Part shown: piece by piece, positions 1 through 11,977 of the stretch
How positions within the stretch are numbered: position 1 is the stretch's first letter
Layout of the letters: every line of letters begins with the position of its first letter
DNA from: Spizellomyces punctatus DAOM BR117
Lineage: Eukaryota
Strand: one strand, 5' to 3'
Length of the DNA stretch: 64,000 bases
Assembly: GCA_000182565.2 (NCBI GenBank)
Contig: KQ257462.1
The notes under the pieces: generated by a model
The model's input: only the letters and a program-made list of their open reading frames with translations
What the model was told of the DNA's origin: nothing
Database searches by the model: none
Position numbers and translations under genes: made by a program

Positions 1-2088
1 GTGTTCTGCAGGGAACACAAAAACACGACCTGGTCTCTGGGTCAAAGGAATTATTTTGATTAGGTGATTTCTTACCCAATTCCTTTTTTTCTTGGTTTTT
101 TAATTATTTTATTTCGGTTTTGGTATTTCCGATATGGACTTCCGACGGTATTTTTGCAGAGCATCGCACACAGCGATATGGAGGGGGCAGGATAAGGGTG
201 TGTTTGTGTGATTCAGTATGAGCTATATCCAAGGCAATGGATACGTGGAAGTGTTCTGAATGCGTTCTTTGAAAGACTCGATATAGTATTATCATGACCC
301 CTTCCTTCAGAACCAATATCCGTATAAACCTTAGGTTTTAAACGGTCTAGAGTCCAGGATAAGAGTCCAGGGTGGAATTAGGCGGAGGGAGGGGGACGCA
401 ACACTGGGCACATCCTTGCGGACGAATGCACTCACGGGCAGAGACAAGCAGGAGCAGCTGGACAGCGCTGCAGGCTACCGAATCTTGTTCATTTCTCCGT
501 CAATCTTCAAATATCTCGAAACATATAAACACAATGCAATTCGGAACGCACTAGTTCTCATACACATGGATGTCCTCTTCAGTCTCACTCGCTGTTGCTC
601 ACAAATGTTTTAAAAACACAAATGTATTGGGGGACACCGACCACACTACACTGTTGCACACTCTTGCACACGCAAACACATTCGAAAAGCATTTGGGAAT
701 ATCGCTTGCTCTTTTTTTTTGTCGCTCTGACACTTGCACTCTTTCCTTACCCGCTTCTCGTTATTTTACAGCCAGAATTCAAGTTTGTTGGTGCTGGAGG
801 CAGTGCAGCGCTTGTCGCTCCTTTTCCGTCCCATGATTCTCGACATTCCTACTCACATATGGATAACTATGTTCATTATGACCCGTCGGTATGGCATCAT
901 CAGTATCCATTACTCGTCAGTGGGCATTTTGTGAAAAGCATAACTCACCAGTCGATGGACGACCGCCCTGACTGCTCTTTGGGCTTCGGATTCACAGGAC
1001 CAGCGTCAATGTACCTGCACATTCATATCGTGCTGCAGAATGAGCTTTGCGTACAATTGTTTGCTCTAATGGATGGCGTCCTTACATGCTCCTCGGACTC
1101 GTGTCGTTCATGCTGTCTCGAAAGGCTGCTGGGTACAGGTCTGCGTTTTTGTCGGCTGGTAGAGATTTGCTCATCATTTTATTTTGTTTTATGATATTTG
1201 AACAAAAAGTTTTGAGATACAGGCAATAATGGCCCTTTGCGACTGACTGGATAGCGTTTCTGGGTTATGGCTTGCGTTTACCTTTCGCTGCAGATGTCAC
1301 ATGCTTTTAACCATTATGACGTCCGGATCAGGGCTGACCCGACGCACACAGCAGGGTCGTTGCTGAGGGTTACCCAGTTGCCCACAATCAGGAATTCAGG
1401 GTCAACAAGACCAAGGTATGCTATTCAATGGAGAGGCGCACACGTTGGCATCAAGAAAATCGGGCTTTGGGGTTACCCGTCATGTTACAGCGATAGTTGG
1501 TCCTCATCCACTTTCATATATAACATGGTATTTGGTGATAGCAGATTAGAGTCCGCTCAGACAATACTATGTATGCTCGAGAGCCACGCAAAGGGATATT
1601 CATCACTTGACCTTCATGATGGCTATTCGGCAAACTCGGTTATCTCCAGTGGCTGGTATCTCTGCCAGGGATTCATTATTTCAAGGCCCTTACATCTACT
1701 AGTCGCATTGCAATATGCCCTACCACATTGCATACACAAACAGCGTCGGCTCAGCAATATTACAATAATGATATTTAAAATTTCGATTATCCTACAAGAT
1801 GCCTGCCTTTGCATTGGCAGTTATCATTCCGTTTGCACTATTCAATTTGCGTACGTCGACAGCCGTACACGAAGATGCAAGCTTGTATTAGGTTGTTCCC
1901 CTTGACCACCCGCAGCAGGAGGCGTGATTATCGTCTGATTCTTGCCTGGTGACCTTTTCACCACTACGTGCTTTCCGCCGTTGCCGGGTCAAGACCCCAA
2001 AATCTCTTCCCTGAGGACTGAGGGTTGATCAGCTTCAAGTCGAAAATAGTATATTGTGTCAAAGCGCTGTGGTTGGGGTTGCCCACGA

Positions 2089-2747
2089 CTACGCAAGGTC
2101 GTCACTCCCATCCGTTAATCTCTGCAGCTCGACCGCATCCCCCCCATTCGAAGTGCTCTGCCTCTTTTTCGTTCCCGCCAGCGTGATCGGCTCCATCTCC
2201 CTCTGCATGCACAAATACTCGCCCCCTAACGACAAAACAACCAGTGTACACAAGAAACAAAACCACCAGAAAAAGGATTTGGGGAGCGATCGGCTGTACA
2301 GAGTCGTTATGACAATGTGCAGAATGTGGAGCGTACAGCTAAAGTCGAGGCAGAGTTTGGCCCGCTGAACAATTATCAAGAGGTAGTAGCTCCTATCCCA
2401 ACAAACCAAACACTCGTAAGTTTAAAAGGTGGCCGTGCAGATTCTGCCCATCAACATACCCCAACCCCGCATTCATCAAATTCGCTAGAAATAAACTCCA
2501 CCCCAACACAGTATCTGTCCGCAGCTCGTCGTGCATCAAAACATGATTCAACGTCACGGGCGATCCCGTCAACAATTCGAGCACAAAGACAATCAGCGAT
2601 GCAGAGAGGTAATATGTTGACTGTAGTGCCACTAATATCGAATGTTTAATGTTTCCTTACAACTGCAACGGTACGCTGGAACGTACCTATCTGCGCGGAA
2701 ATAAGGATAGGATCAAACGTTGAGGTACGGAACGAGGCACTGGACAT
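2089..2747 (-). CDS. SYS1: Golgi integral membrane protein Sys1 (at least 3 exons)
   Basis: Spliced translation MSSASFRTSTFDPILISAQI|VALQSTYYL...LRTDTVLGW...RAKLCLDFSCTLHILHIVITTLYSRSLPKSFFWW...GEYLCMQREMEPI matches the Sys1 family pattern. The 3' end could extend via another intron. Confidence 0.85.
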
Positions 2748-3790
2748 GTTGTCACTTGAAAGTGACGAAAGTTAGCAGAAACTCTTTCACACCGGTTGTC
2801 ATGCACGATCCCCCCTTCCCCCCAGCTCAAAAAACCACAGTAGAAAAAAGACTCACACATGCTCCAAACAAAACCCCGGCCAACCTCGCAAAAGAAGCAC
2901 AGTCGACGTTCGCTGCCATCCATTGTGCGCAGCAACGCCGGTCGCAGTTTGTCACGTGTTGCTTGGTCATCAAGTCCCGCACGCAAGTTCAGTTGGGTTT
3001 TTGGCTTTCCTTAAAACCCACCAGTCGCCCCCGCCGACAGCAAACTCGCAATGCTCCGTGGATAGCAAAGACAATATGTTACGCAGACTACTATGCTTTA
3101 AGCGTTAGGATGGGTGGCATCCATTGAGGCTCGTTTCAACACGTTAGGCACTATCCACATTTGAATCATGCATGCCTGTTCAGCCACTACGCACTCTTTA
3201 CTTTACTCCGGACACATCCACGGGATTGACTGTGCATCATCTACCTACATGGCACTTCGTCGCTTTCGGCGAATGTCACAATACACTTCACAGGTGAATC
3301 AGCGTGAAAGGGGACAGTTGGGTAGTGTAATCCTTTATTCTGGACTTAACGTTGGATCATCGAATACGGCCCTGTGTCTGGTAGGCGTTCCGTAAGCGAT
3401 TTGACGTGCTGGTATCGGTTCTCGTATCGGTTGTCGTACGACCTTCTCATCGTGTAGCAAGTTGTTGTCGAGTTTTGTTCACCCCAAATATCAAAGAGTA
3501 AATGTCATCTCGTGTACTGGTACTGGTTGGAAAGATTGCAAGTTTAATTTAATGGATATCTCACAGAGATAACTTTACTAGCTCCAAGAGTGTTCATAAC
3601 GTCCGAATAGCCATAACAAATCTCAATGTAACATTAATAAAATAAACAATAACATATCCCAATTGCATTCCCAACTCAACTACCAAGGCCGTGACCAAAT
3701 GACCATAGCTCTCCTTCATAGGTGGCCTGCACACCCACCCTAAAATAAAAAACGTCACACTTGCATCACCACCTCTTCAACTGCCAAAGC

Positions 3791-3800
3791 ATATAAATAT
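3791..3800 (+). promoter_or_regulatory. TATA box of the small 95-aa gene
   Basis: ATATAAATAT followed by a CT-rich tract, about 50 bp upstream of the ATG at 3847 (context ACCATG). Confidence 0.5.
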
Positions 3801-3846
3801 ATCCCCCACTCATCTCTTCCTCCTGTCCATACAAAATAACGCAACC

Positions 3847-4199
3847 ATGAACCAAGACACAACAACCCGCATGAACGAGCTCGGCAAAGCTCACTCCACG
3901 CGCTCTCCCGCACGCGACACGACCACTGGTGCAACAGCATACGAGAGCAACTGGGTATCAGACGAATCCTTTACAAGTCAAACCATCGTTAATGGAAAAC
4001 AGGATCAGAGTGGGTGGCATTCTCATTCGGAGGGTGTCGCCGATCCAGTAAGTTGGCCGCGCTTTGGTTAGCAACCTTAAGTGATGGATTTTTAAGCGAG
4101 CACACTTGACAGGACGGAACACCCCAAACAACAACCTCGTACACGGAAGAATTGGGAAAAGATGGATGGCATGAACAACAGAGGAGGATTCAAGAATAG
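3847..4199 (+). CDS. Small hydrophilic hypothetical protein, 95 aa, 2 exons (intron 4048-4112)
   Basis: Phase-0 intron GTAAGT...TTGACAG joins ...EGVADP|DGTPQTTTSYTEELGKDGWHEQQRRIQE*; upstream TATA box. Confidence 0.65.
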
Positions 4200-4271
4200 A
4201 TTCAATCATTATTAAATCGAGCCGTTTATCCCATTGTATAAAAAAAAATCATCACCATTCACATATATTTA

Positions 4272-6147
4272 TTAGACTTTAAGAATTTGTTGCAGAATCT
4301 TCCGTTGTCCATCGTTTCCTAAAAAAAAAGCTGATGAGCGTTAAGATAACACACTTGCACTACACAGAGATCTCACCTTTGTCCAACATCCTTATCACAT
4401 CCTCAACCCATTCTTCACACTCCCGCGCAACAATCCCCTCCAACAAACGTACAACCCGTCCAAAGTACAAATCACATTCCCTAGTCTACTTTAGAAAATC
4501 TTGCCATCTAAAAGACAGTAAGCAACACACTTACCTGTACCGCCCAAACACTGCCTCCACGAGCAAACACCACGGAACGCTTTGTAGTTCCTGCAAATCA
4601 TCTACAGCCGCCCAGCGGACGAGAGTCCCGAGGATATCCAGAATATATAATACGGTGGTCGTTTCCTTTCGGCTGTACTATAGTTAGGTCATTGTCGAAT
4701 GCATTGGCCATTATTGACGTACCCTGAACGGATAATCTCATCCACAACACGACCCAATTCCCCGACATGTTGCAAAACTATTGGCAAGATATCGGGACAC
4801 AGTGGTGGACACCCTTCCCTCTTCACACTTTATTCTGTCAACCCATCATCCAAAATCCGTACACTGCATTCATACTTACCTATTCATGACCAATCCACAC
4901 AAAACCCTCACACACTCTGGCCGCCGTTCCATCACCCGTTCCAACAAAAACCGGGCGTTAAACCCCGTGAAAAGCATATAGCCAAATGGATTTCCAGCAG
5001 CCTCATCAACGACTCTCAGCAGTAGATCCGCAATTCCATCCAATGTCTGGTCATCTGCAGCTGTATGAGCATCATTCCTTTCTGGTAGGTGTGAAAAAAC
5101 GTACCGGTGTCAAACATTTCACTCAATTGAGTTATATAGGTCCGGCACGCTTGTAGTCGGTTTGCATCCGTTTCAAATACAATAGAGAGAAAGCAGTCTG
5201 CAATGTTTGCATCGTGTGCATGGCTAGTAACTGTTCAATACGCTTAATACGCGGAAAATATACGATAGAACGTTACGTACCGGACCAGGATGGACATTGG
5301 GCTGGGCGTACCATGCAAAGTCCAATCCCCAACAGTCCGATCGTGCCGCAAAAGGTACAAAAAGAGCTTCCTGGGGGCACGTTAATATCGTTCATCGGCA
5401 AAGTTGTCTTGGACGATAACCAACCTGAAATACCTAAAAGCAAAGCTTGTAACCAACAACAGCCATTCAGGAAACGGATATCAAACTCACATGAATTCCT
5501 CATCCCCTTCAAATTCAGCCCACATGACTCGTACTAAAACGGTCCGCACAAGTCAAATTATTAACATGCCGGAAAAGACAGTACGAAGAAACGAAAAAAA
5601 TCCCAGATGCGATACATACATATTCGCACCACCAACCACCCACTCAAAACATTTACATCAACCTTACAAAGCACATCCACAGCCCGTTTATCCGTCATGC
5701 TCCTCCGCACAAGACGCTCTAGCGTACCTAGTACTAATATCAATACATTGGACGAACAACGTATCTGTATACGCTACCTTTTGTATTTAGCCACCCGACA
5801 ACACGCTCATCAACGATCGGATCAGCCAACTCCAAATACCGGTCCAATAACCCTTCGTCATCTACTCTTTTATCGGTAATGTACGCATCTAATATTAGAG
5901 GGGTCGGGACCGGGGGCGGTGGTACGCGCGGCTGCGGAAAGGGTTACCACAGTGTACACGAGATGGACTGAGGCACGTACGTTTGGGTAGGGTATGCGTG
6001 TTGGTGGCTTAACCAGTGTTAGCTTGGAATTGAAGAGATAGAGAAAGGGCTACTTACTGGTGACGATATTTGTGAGACTTGCAACATCTTGCAGATGGAA
6101 AGCGAGATCTGGGACAGGCGACGGAAGGACGTCCAAGTCCGATTCAT
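4272..6147 (-). CDS. Multi-exon helical-repeat protein, possibly a divergent SIT4/PP6-associated (SAPS-like) protein
   Basis: About 12 short exons with canonical splice sites can be joined in frame: ...PLILDAYITDKRVDDEGLLDRYLELADPIVDERVVGWLNTK...LVRHAHDANIADCFLSIVF...LDGIADLLLRVVDE...VPWCLLVEAVFGRY...KILQQILKV*. Start at 6147 or 6087. The family call is weak. Confidence 0.6.
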
Positions 6148-6264
6148 GACTGTGCCGCACACTTGCTGCGCCATGATTGTTTTTTGTGTAAGCAATTGCA
6201 GCATTGCTTTTTGGGCTTTGCACTTCGAAACTGTGTTTATTTTTGACAAGCGTTGGTTCGAGAC

Positions 6265-9200
6265 ATGCCAGCACAAAAAGCCAAAGCAAAAAAGACGCCC
6301 CCGGTTTCCAAAAAATCAAAACGCTCCATCCTCTTACAGGAAATCCTCTCACTCGGCGGGGAGGAATCGGATCTCGCTGTTATCGCCGATGCACTGTCCG
6401 GGTCTGAAGCGGAAGATAATGGTGTGCAAACGAGACGAAAGGAGCGAAAGGAAGGAAAAGAGGAAGAGGATGAGGGAGCATTGTTGAAAGAGTTGATGGG
6501 CTTTATGAATGGTGTTGGGATTGATCCGAAGAAGAGTGTTGTTGAGGAAGTTGACGACGAGGAGGGTGAAGGTGAGGATGGCGGTGAGGATGTAGATCAA
6601 AGTGAGGGACCCCAAGGAGGAGAACAAGAGGAGGAGGATGAGGACGCAGAAGAGGGAGACGAAGATGCGGAAGACGATCATGAGGATGACGAAGGAGCAG
6701 AGGAAGAAGGAAACGACCAGCTCAAGTACGGAAAAGAAGATGCAAATGAGGTCCGATCCATGGTGTCCCAATTGCTACAAGGCCAAACGGTTGACGATAA
6801 ACTAAGCAAAAAAATGGCAAGTCTCACATTTCCCTCACCTTTATGGTACAGGATCTCATTCCGCACGTACATAGATCTTTGAACCGACAAGCCGCTGGTA
6901 CGACCATCCACTCCCCCCCATCACCGGCAAACCCAACACCTCAGAATCCACCCTCCAAACCACGTACACTCGCGCCAAAACCCTCTGGACACAAGAAAGC
7001 GCCGAATATACATCCCTCAAATCCCGATCAGCCGACAAGGACTTTATTTCCACTGTGTTGAAGTCGGGTACTGTTACAGACAAAGTCTCGGCTTTAACGC
7101 TTTTGGTACAAGAGTCCCCGTTACATACCCTCCATCTCTTGCGTGACCAGCTTGTGAATGGGATGGCGAGGAAGAAGGCACGGAGGGAGGCGGTACTTGC
7201 TATGGATAGCGTCAAGGATTTGATGGTCGGTACATTACTGCCTGATAGAAAGCTGCGGTACTTCAGAGACCAGCCCTTGGATTCTCCACATGTCAAACCT
7301 GTGCATTTGGTGGCATGGTACTTTGAGGATGGGTTGAAGAAGACCTATTTTGAGTTTATTCAGCTTATTGAGGTATGTTGTGTATTCCACTTTTTAGCGT
7401 TTGTCATGACCTATATAAAGACATGATTGTATTTCAGGAATTGGCCAGGGACCCCCTCCTCCACATTAAAAACAAAATGATCCAATACATCTACGACCTC
7501 CTCTCCTCCAAACCCGAACAAGAGCAAAATCTCCTCTCCCTCCTCGTCAACAAAGTAGGCGACCAGGACCGGAAACTTGCTTCCAAATCCGCGCACCTCC
7601 TCTCGCAACTCTTGGCCACACACCCTGCCATGAAACTCGTCGTCATTAAAGAAGTCGAGCGACTCTTGTTTCGTCCCAATGTCACGGATCGAGCACGGTA
7701 TTATGCTGTCACATTCTTGAATCAGATTGTGTTGAGTCACCGGGAGGCGGATGTAGCGGCTGCCAATCGTCTTGTGGATGTGTATTTTTCAGTTTTTGAT
7801 GGGCTCGGCAAGCGGATGGAGGCTGCAAAGATGGAGACGGACATTAAGAGCAAGAATGGCAAGAATGGCAAGAAGAAAGGGAAAAAGGGAAACAAGAATG
7901 CTGGAAAAGGGGCGAAAAAAGCAGAGGTGGTTCCTCAAGATCCCGAGAGTATGACTCTGGCTGATGGTATCGACGCCAAAATGATGGCAGCCTTGTTGAC
8001 TGGAGTCAACCGGGCCTTTCCATTTGCAAAGATTGAAGACGATGTGTAAGTAGTTTTTTATGACTCTTTGTTCTGTATACACGGGTCCTCACTCTCTACC
8101 AGGTTTGACAAACACATGAAAACGCTCTTCACCGTCTCCCACATTGGGACGTTCAACACCTCCATCCAGGCGCTGACACTCATCTTCCAAGTCCAATCTT
8201 CCCGCCAATCCCTCTCTGACCGCTTCTATCGAACCCTCTACGCCTCCCTCCTCGATCCCCGCCTTTACACCGCCTCCAAACAAGCCATGTACCTCAACCT
8301 CCTCTACCGGGCCCTAAAGGCCGACACGTCTCTTAATAGAGTCAAATCCTTTATTAAGCGCCTTGTACAAGTCTGCGCATACGTTCAGGTGCCATTTGTC
8401 TGTGCGGGATTGTTTTTGGTAGGCGAGGTGGCCAAAGTGCGTCCTGGAATTTGGGGGATGGTAAATCAGGCTGAAGAGGATGGTGATGTGGAAGTGTTTG
8501 TCGATGTGGATGAGGACGGTGAGGTATTCAAACCAGATGTAAAAAAAGTGACGCAAGGATATGACGGCAGAAAGAGGGATCCGCTATATTGTAATGCGGA
8601 AAAGACATGTTTGTGGGAATTGGTAAGCCTTTGCTGATGCGATACCTTTTTTTCCGAAAATGCCAACCCGTATTCCTAGACTGTCTTTTCTACCCACTTT
8701 CACCCAACTGTCTCACTCTACGCCAAAACGCTCCTCTCCGGCACACCGATCGCCCCTCCCCCTAATGCAACAAACTACGATCCCCTCCAAAACCACGCTC
8801 TCAGCCGTTTCCTCGACCGCTTTATTTTCAAGAACCCTAAAAAGGTTTCGACGGCCTACAAGGGCACATCCCTTATGCAACCTAGAGTCGCAGGCTTGAG
8901 TCTCTCTGGTCGCGAAGAGGAAGGCCACGAGCGGATTCTGAGTGCGGCCCGGAAAAGAGGCGTCGTCCTCGAGAATGAGGAAATTGGGAATAAACTCCCC
9001 TTGGATGACACACCCGTTAATATCGTTGCGCAAAAGTGGCTCGAGAATCCCGAATCTGTTCCAGTTGATGAGGTAACTTCAATCATGTTGTCTGCAACGT
9101 GCTCTGACTAACACGTCTCCAGGTCTTTTATTATCAATACTTTAAAGAAAAGGCTAGGGATACCAATAAGATCAAGAAAAAGAAGCAGGCAGTGGAAGAA

Positions 9201-9878
9201 TTGGATGCTGCCGATGATGAGGACGAGGAAGAGATGGATGAAGACCTGGTTTGGGAGGCTATGCAAAAGAGTGCCGGATTTGATCCTGCTGGAGAGGATG
9301 AGGATGGTGATGAGGACTTGTTAGGTGATGAGGATGATGAGTTGAGTTTGGAAGATATAGACAGTGATGAGGATAATGTCGAAGGGGAGAATGATGAGGA
9401 CGATCATGATTTGGACGACGTATACAAAGCCATGGATGGCATCGACGCGGCTTCAGGTTCCTTGTCTGACAATGCCTCTGGCGACGACGACGATGATGAA
9501 ATGGCCAAATGGGCCCAAGACTCAAACGAAGACACCAACATTCCCTCTGGCGACGATGAGTACGATGACGATGATGACGATGCCTCGTTTGCAAACATGA
9601 TAACAGCGGAAGAAGCGTCCGACTCTGAATCTAAGAAACCCAAAAAGCCCACACACCTCTCCACCAAAGCCCGCGCACTCGGATACAAGGGCACGTATTT
9701 CGACACAAAATCTGCGTTTGCCTTTGCGGATGCTGATGAGTTTTTGGAATTGATTGAGCGAGAGGATGGGTTGGATACTGGTGACGGTGCAGCTGCTCCT
9801 GTGAGTAAACGTAAGGGTGAAAAGAGGAAGCGAGAGAGTGCATCCATGGGTCAGGGGAAGAAAAAGAGGGTTAGATAG
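6265..9878 (+). CDS. MAK21: Ribosome biogenesis protein Mak21/Noc1 (CEBPZ, CBF domain), multi-exon
   Basis: SGTVTDKVSALTLLVQESP, KPEQEQNLLSLLVNKVGD, LLTGVNRAFPF, YDGRKRDPLYCNA, HFHPTV motifs; acidic N- and C-termini. Confidence 0.95.
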
Positions 9879-10068
9879 GTGTATGCCTGTTTTGTATCAT
9901 ACATGTTGAGTGCATAGCTCGTAGCTCATATTTAAATAGACAATTCAAGCATGAGTTGTTTAGGTGCGCTAATCATTGATATGTGTACGGGCAATATTTG
10001 CACGGCACGGCAGCCCTCTACAGCCAATGGTTAGACATGTATTTCACCCAACGTCTAGCACGCATCTT

Positions 10069-11175
10069 CTATGAACCTTCCCCCGTCCCTCGCACCGACG
10101 AGCGACGCCCCTTTTTCACTGCCGACCCAGCATCCGACACCACAATCGTCGGTGCTGACGCATCGGATATCATGCGCAACTTTCTAAATAACTCTTTCGC
10201 AGGTCCCAAATTCCAGACTGAGCCCTCCGGGGTATGCACAAACGGAAACGTGTGGTGCCTCTCTCGATTAAATCGGGTCGACAAGAGACTAGATTGATGT
10301 TGCGGGACACTTGTTCTATGCGCGTAGGTGGTTATTTCCTTTCGTCCTATACCGCCGTGTAGAGGTGTCGAGGGCGTCCAAGGGCGATAGGTCTGTACCG
10401 GAGGATTGATCGGATCAGGAGCACTCCATGGAATTTGCTCAGAGTAACAAGAACTCGTCTCCTCGGGATGCATCAAGGAAGCCGACACGAAGTGCTGGTC
10501 CAAGAGAATCGTACGTGGATGTGATGAAACCACTGGTTCCTCTTTTTCCTCATCGTCCATGGAGTGAATGTATCCTTGTTGATACAGGTACCTCGTTATG
10601 GGCGACGGAGGATAGGACGCAGCCGTGCTCTTAAATCCACCCCGTCTTTGTACAATGCCCTTCATTTCCTCTTTCCACATCTGGACGCCTAGATCAACTG
10701 TAGGCGGGATGGACATGACGGGACTGTCCTCGTCATCGGACGATACCCATCCCAAAGACTTTTTGCAGGCGGCTGTAATGAGGTTCAGCATATGGTCCTT
10801 GTTGGGTTGTGGGGACGTTGCGGGTCGCGTGGGGCGACGACGGGTACGTGGACGTCGTAGGTCTCCTTTACGTTCCTCTTGAAGCTTTTGGTGAACATCT
10901 ACTTTGGGTCTCGCCTTTTTTATTGTCATCATTTTAACCTCAAGCTCACATCCGCCTGCTACTTCCCCCTCTCCATCGCCCGGTTCTGCCGCAACAGGAA
11001 CGTACTCAGCCTTGGATAGCCGCCTGGGAGGACCCGGCAAATGCCCCGAAAATGACCGCGTACGAATCGGAGACCTTTGTCGTGATGGCTTGTTGTCTTC
11101 GGCCTCGGACGCTGTCGACCGTGGGGAGGCGACTTGGGATTTGTTAATGATGGAATGGGGAGAGGTTTTGGGCAT
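10069..11175 (-). CDS. Intronless hypothetical protein, 368 aa, largely disordered (S/P/R-rich)
   Basis: Long ATG-initiated ORF; no recognised domain. Confidence 0.65.
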   Translation of the reverse strand: MPKTSPHSIINKSQVASPRSTASEAEDNKPSRQRSPIRTRSFSGHLPGPPRRLSKAEYVPVAAEPGDGEGEVAGGCELEVKMMTIKKARPKVDVHQKLQEERKGDLRRPRTRRRPTRPATSPQPNKDHMLNLITAACKKSLGWVSSDDEDSPVMSIPPTVDLGVQMWKEEMKGIVQRRGGFKSTAASYPPSPITRYLYQQGYIHSMDDEEKEEPVVSSHPRTILLDQHFVSASLMHPEETSSCYSEQIPWSAPDPINPPVQTYRPWTPSTPLHGGIGRKEITTYAHRTSVPQHQSSLLSTRFNRERHHTFPFVHTPEGSVWNLGPAKELFRKLRMISDASAPTIVVSDAGSAVKKGRRSSVRGTGEGS

Positions 11176-11977
11176 TTCTGCATGTGCGTGTATAGAAAGT
11201 AATAAACTTGGTTTCTAAAGCAATAACCTGGCTATCCATAACCCAGTCAATCAACACCAAGAGGCAAACAGCACGAAAAAACCAAAGAACCACGCCATCC
11301 AACCCCACAACAGTGCAACAAAACAAAACTACCGACAAAACACCCTCCACACGCCAAACCCAACGTATTGACTTATCCTCATGACACCCTCGTGTCTGGC
11401 GTGTGCCTCGTTTTCATTAGATTAGTTGAAACTACCCTCTCGTCAACATCCCCCAACCCGCACAAGAAGATTGAGGCACAAACCCTCATCTTTCGATCGG
11501 AGAGATTACGTAACGGTCAAGCTGATGATTTTCATTTTTGTTACGGGAGCATTGCCTACGGTTCGCTGCGACGGCTTTTCGATTCTTACGCTGGGTTGAT
11601 GGTTTTGTTAGATGTGCTGCTCCTTTGTTCTTGGCAGGGTTGCTGGGGTGTTTATGTCATATATTGGGCGCCCATGCCGGTTGAACTCCATGGACGATCA
11701 ACACAAGGATGGGTGGAATGGCAGTGTATGGAGATAATGCCCACAGGATCTTTTGGTTAGATTTCTGAAAAACAAGAAAACGACTTTGGTCAGTACGTTC
11801 TTCTTTTGTTGGCAAGTGCAGGTTCAAAAGATCTATCATGACATGCGCGCGACGCGTCCTTCCAAAGCGCAGCAGCAGCAACACACCAGTCCTTCTTGTG
11901 CCGTAAACCAGTGTTGAAAACAACAACGGCCCCAGTTCAGAATTTCCAACCCGCTCCCGTCCAGAACTTGCTGTGCA

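Noticed and set aside
595-1905. ORFs 595-1194 (199 aa) and 1267-1905 (212 aa)
   Set aside because: No recognisable motif, atypical composition and no consistent splice model. Could be degraded sequence; not supported as genes.
2900-3700. Short ORFs between SYS1 and the 95-aa gene
   Set aside because: Could not be assembled into a credible spliced gene.
9259-9847. Antisense and alternative-frame ORFs over MAK21 and other genes
   Set aside because: Shadows of low-complexity or codon-biased coding sequence.
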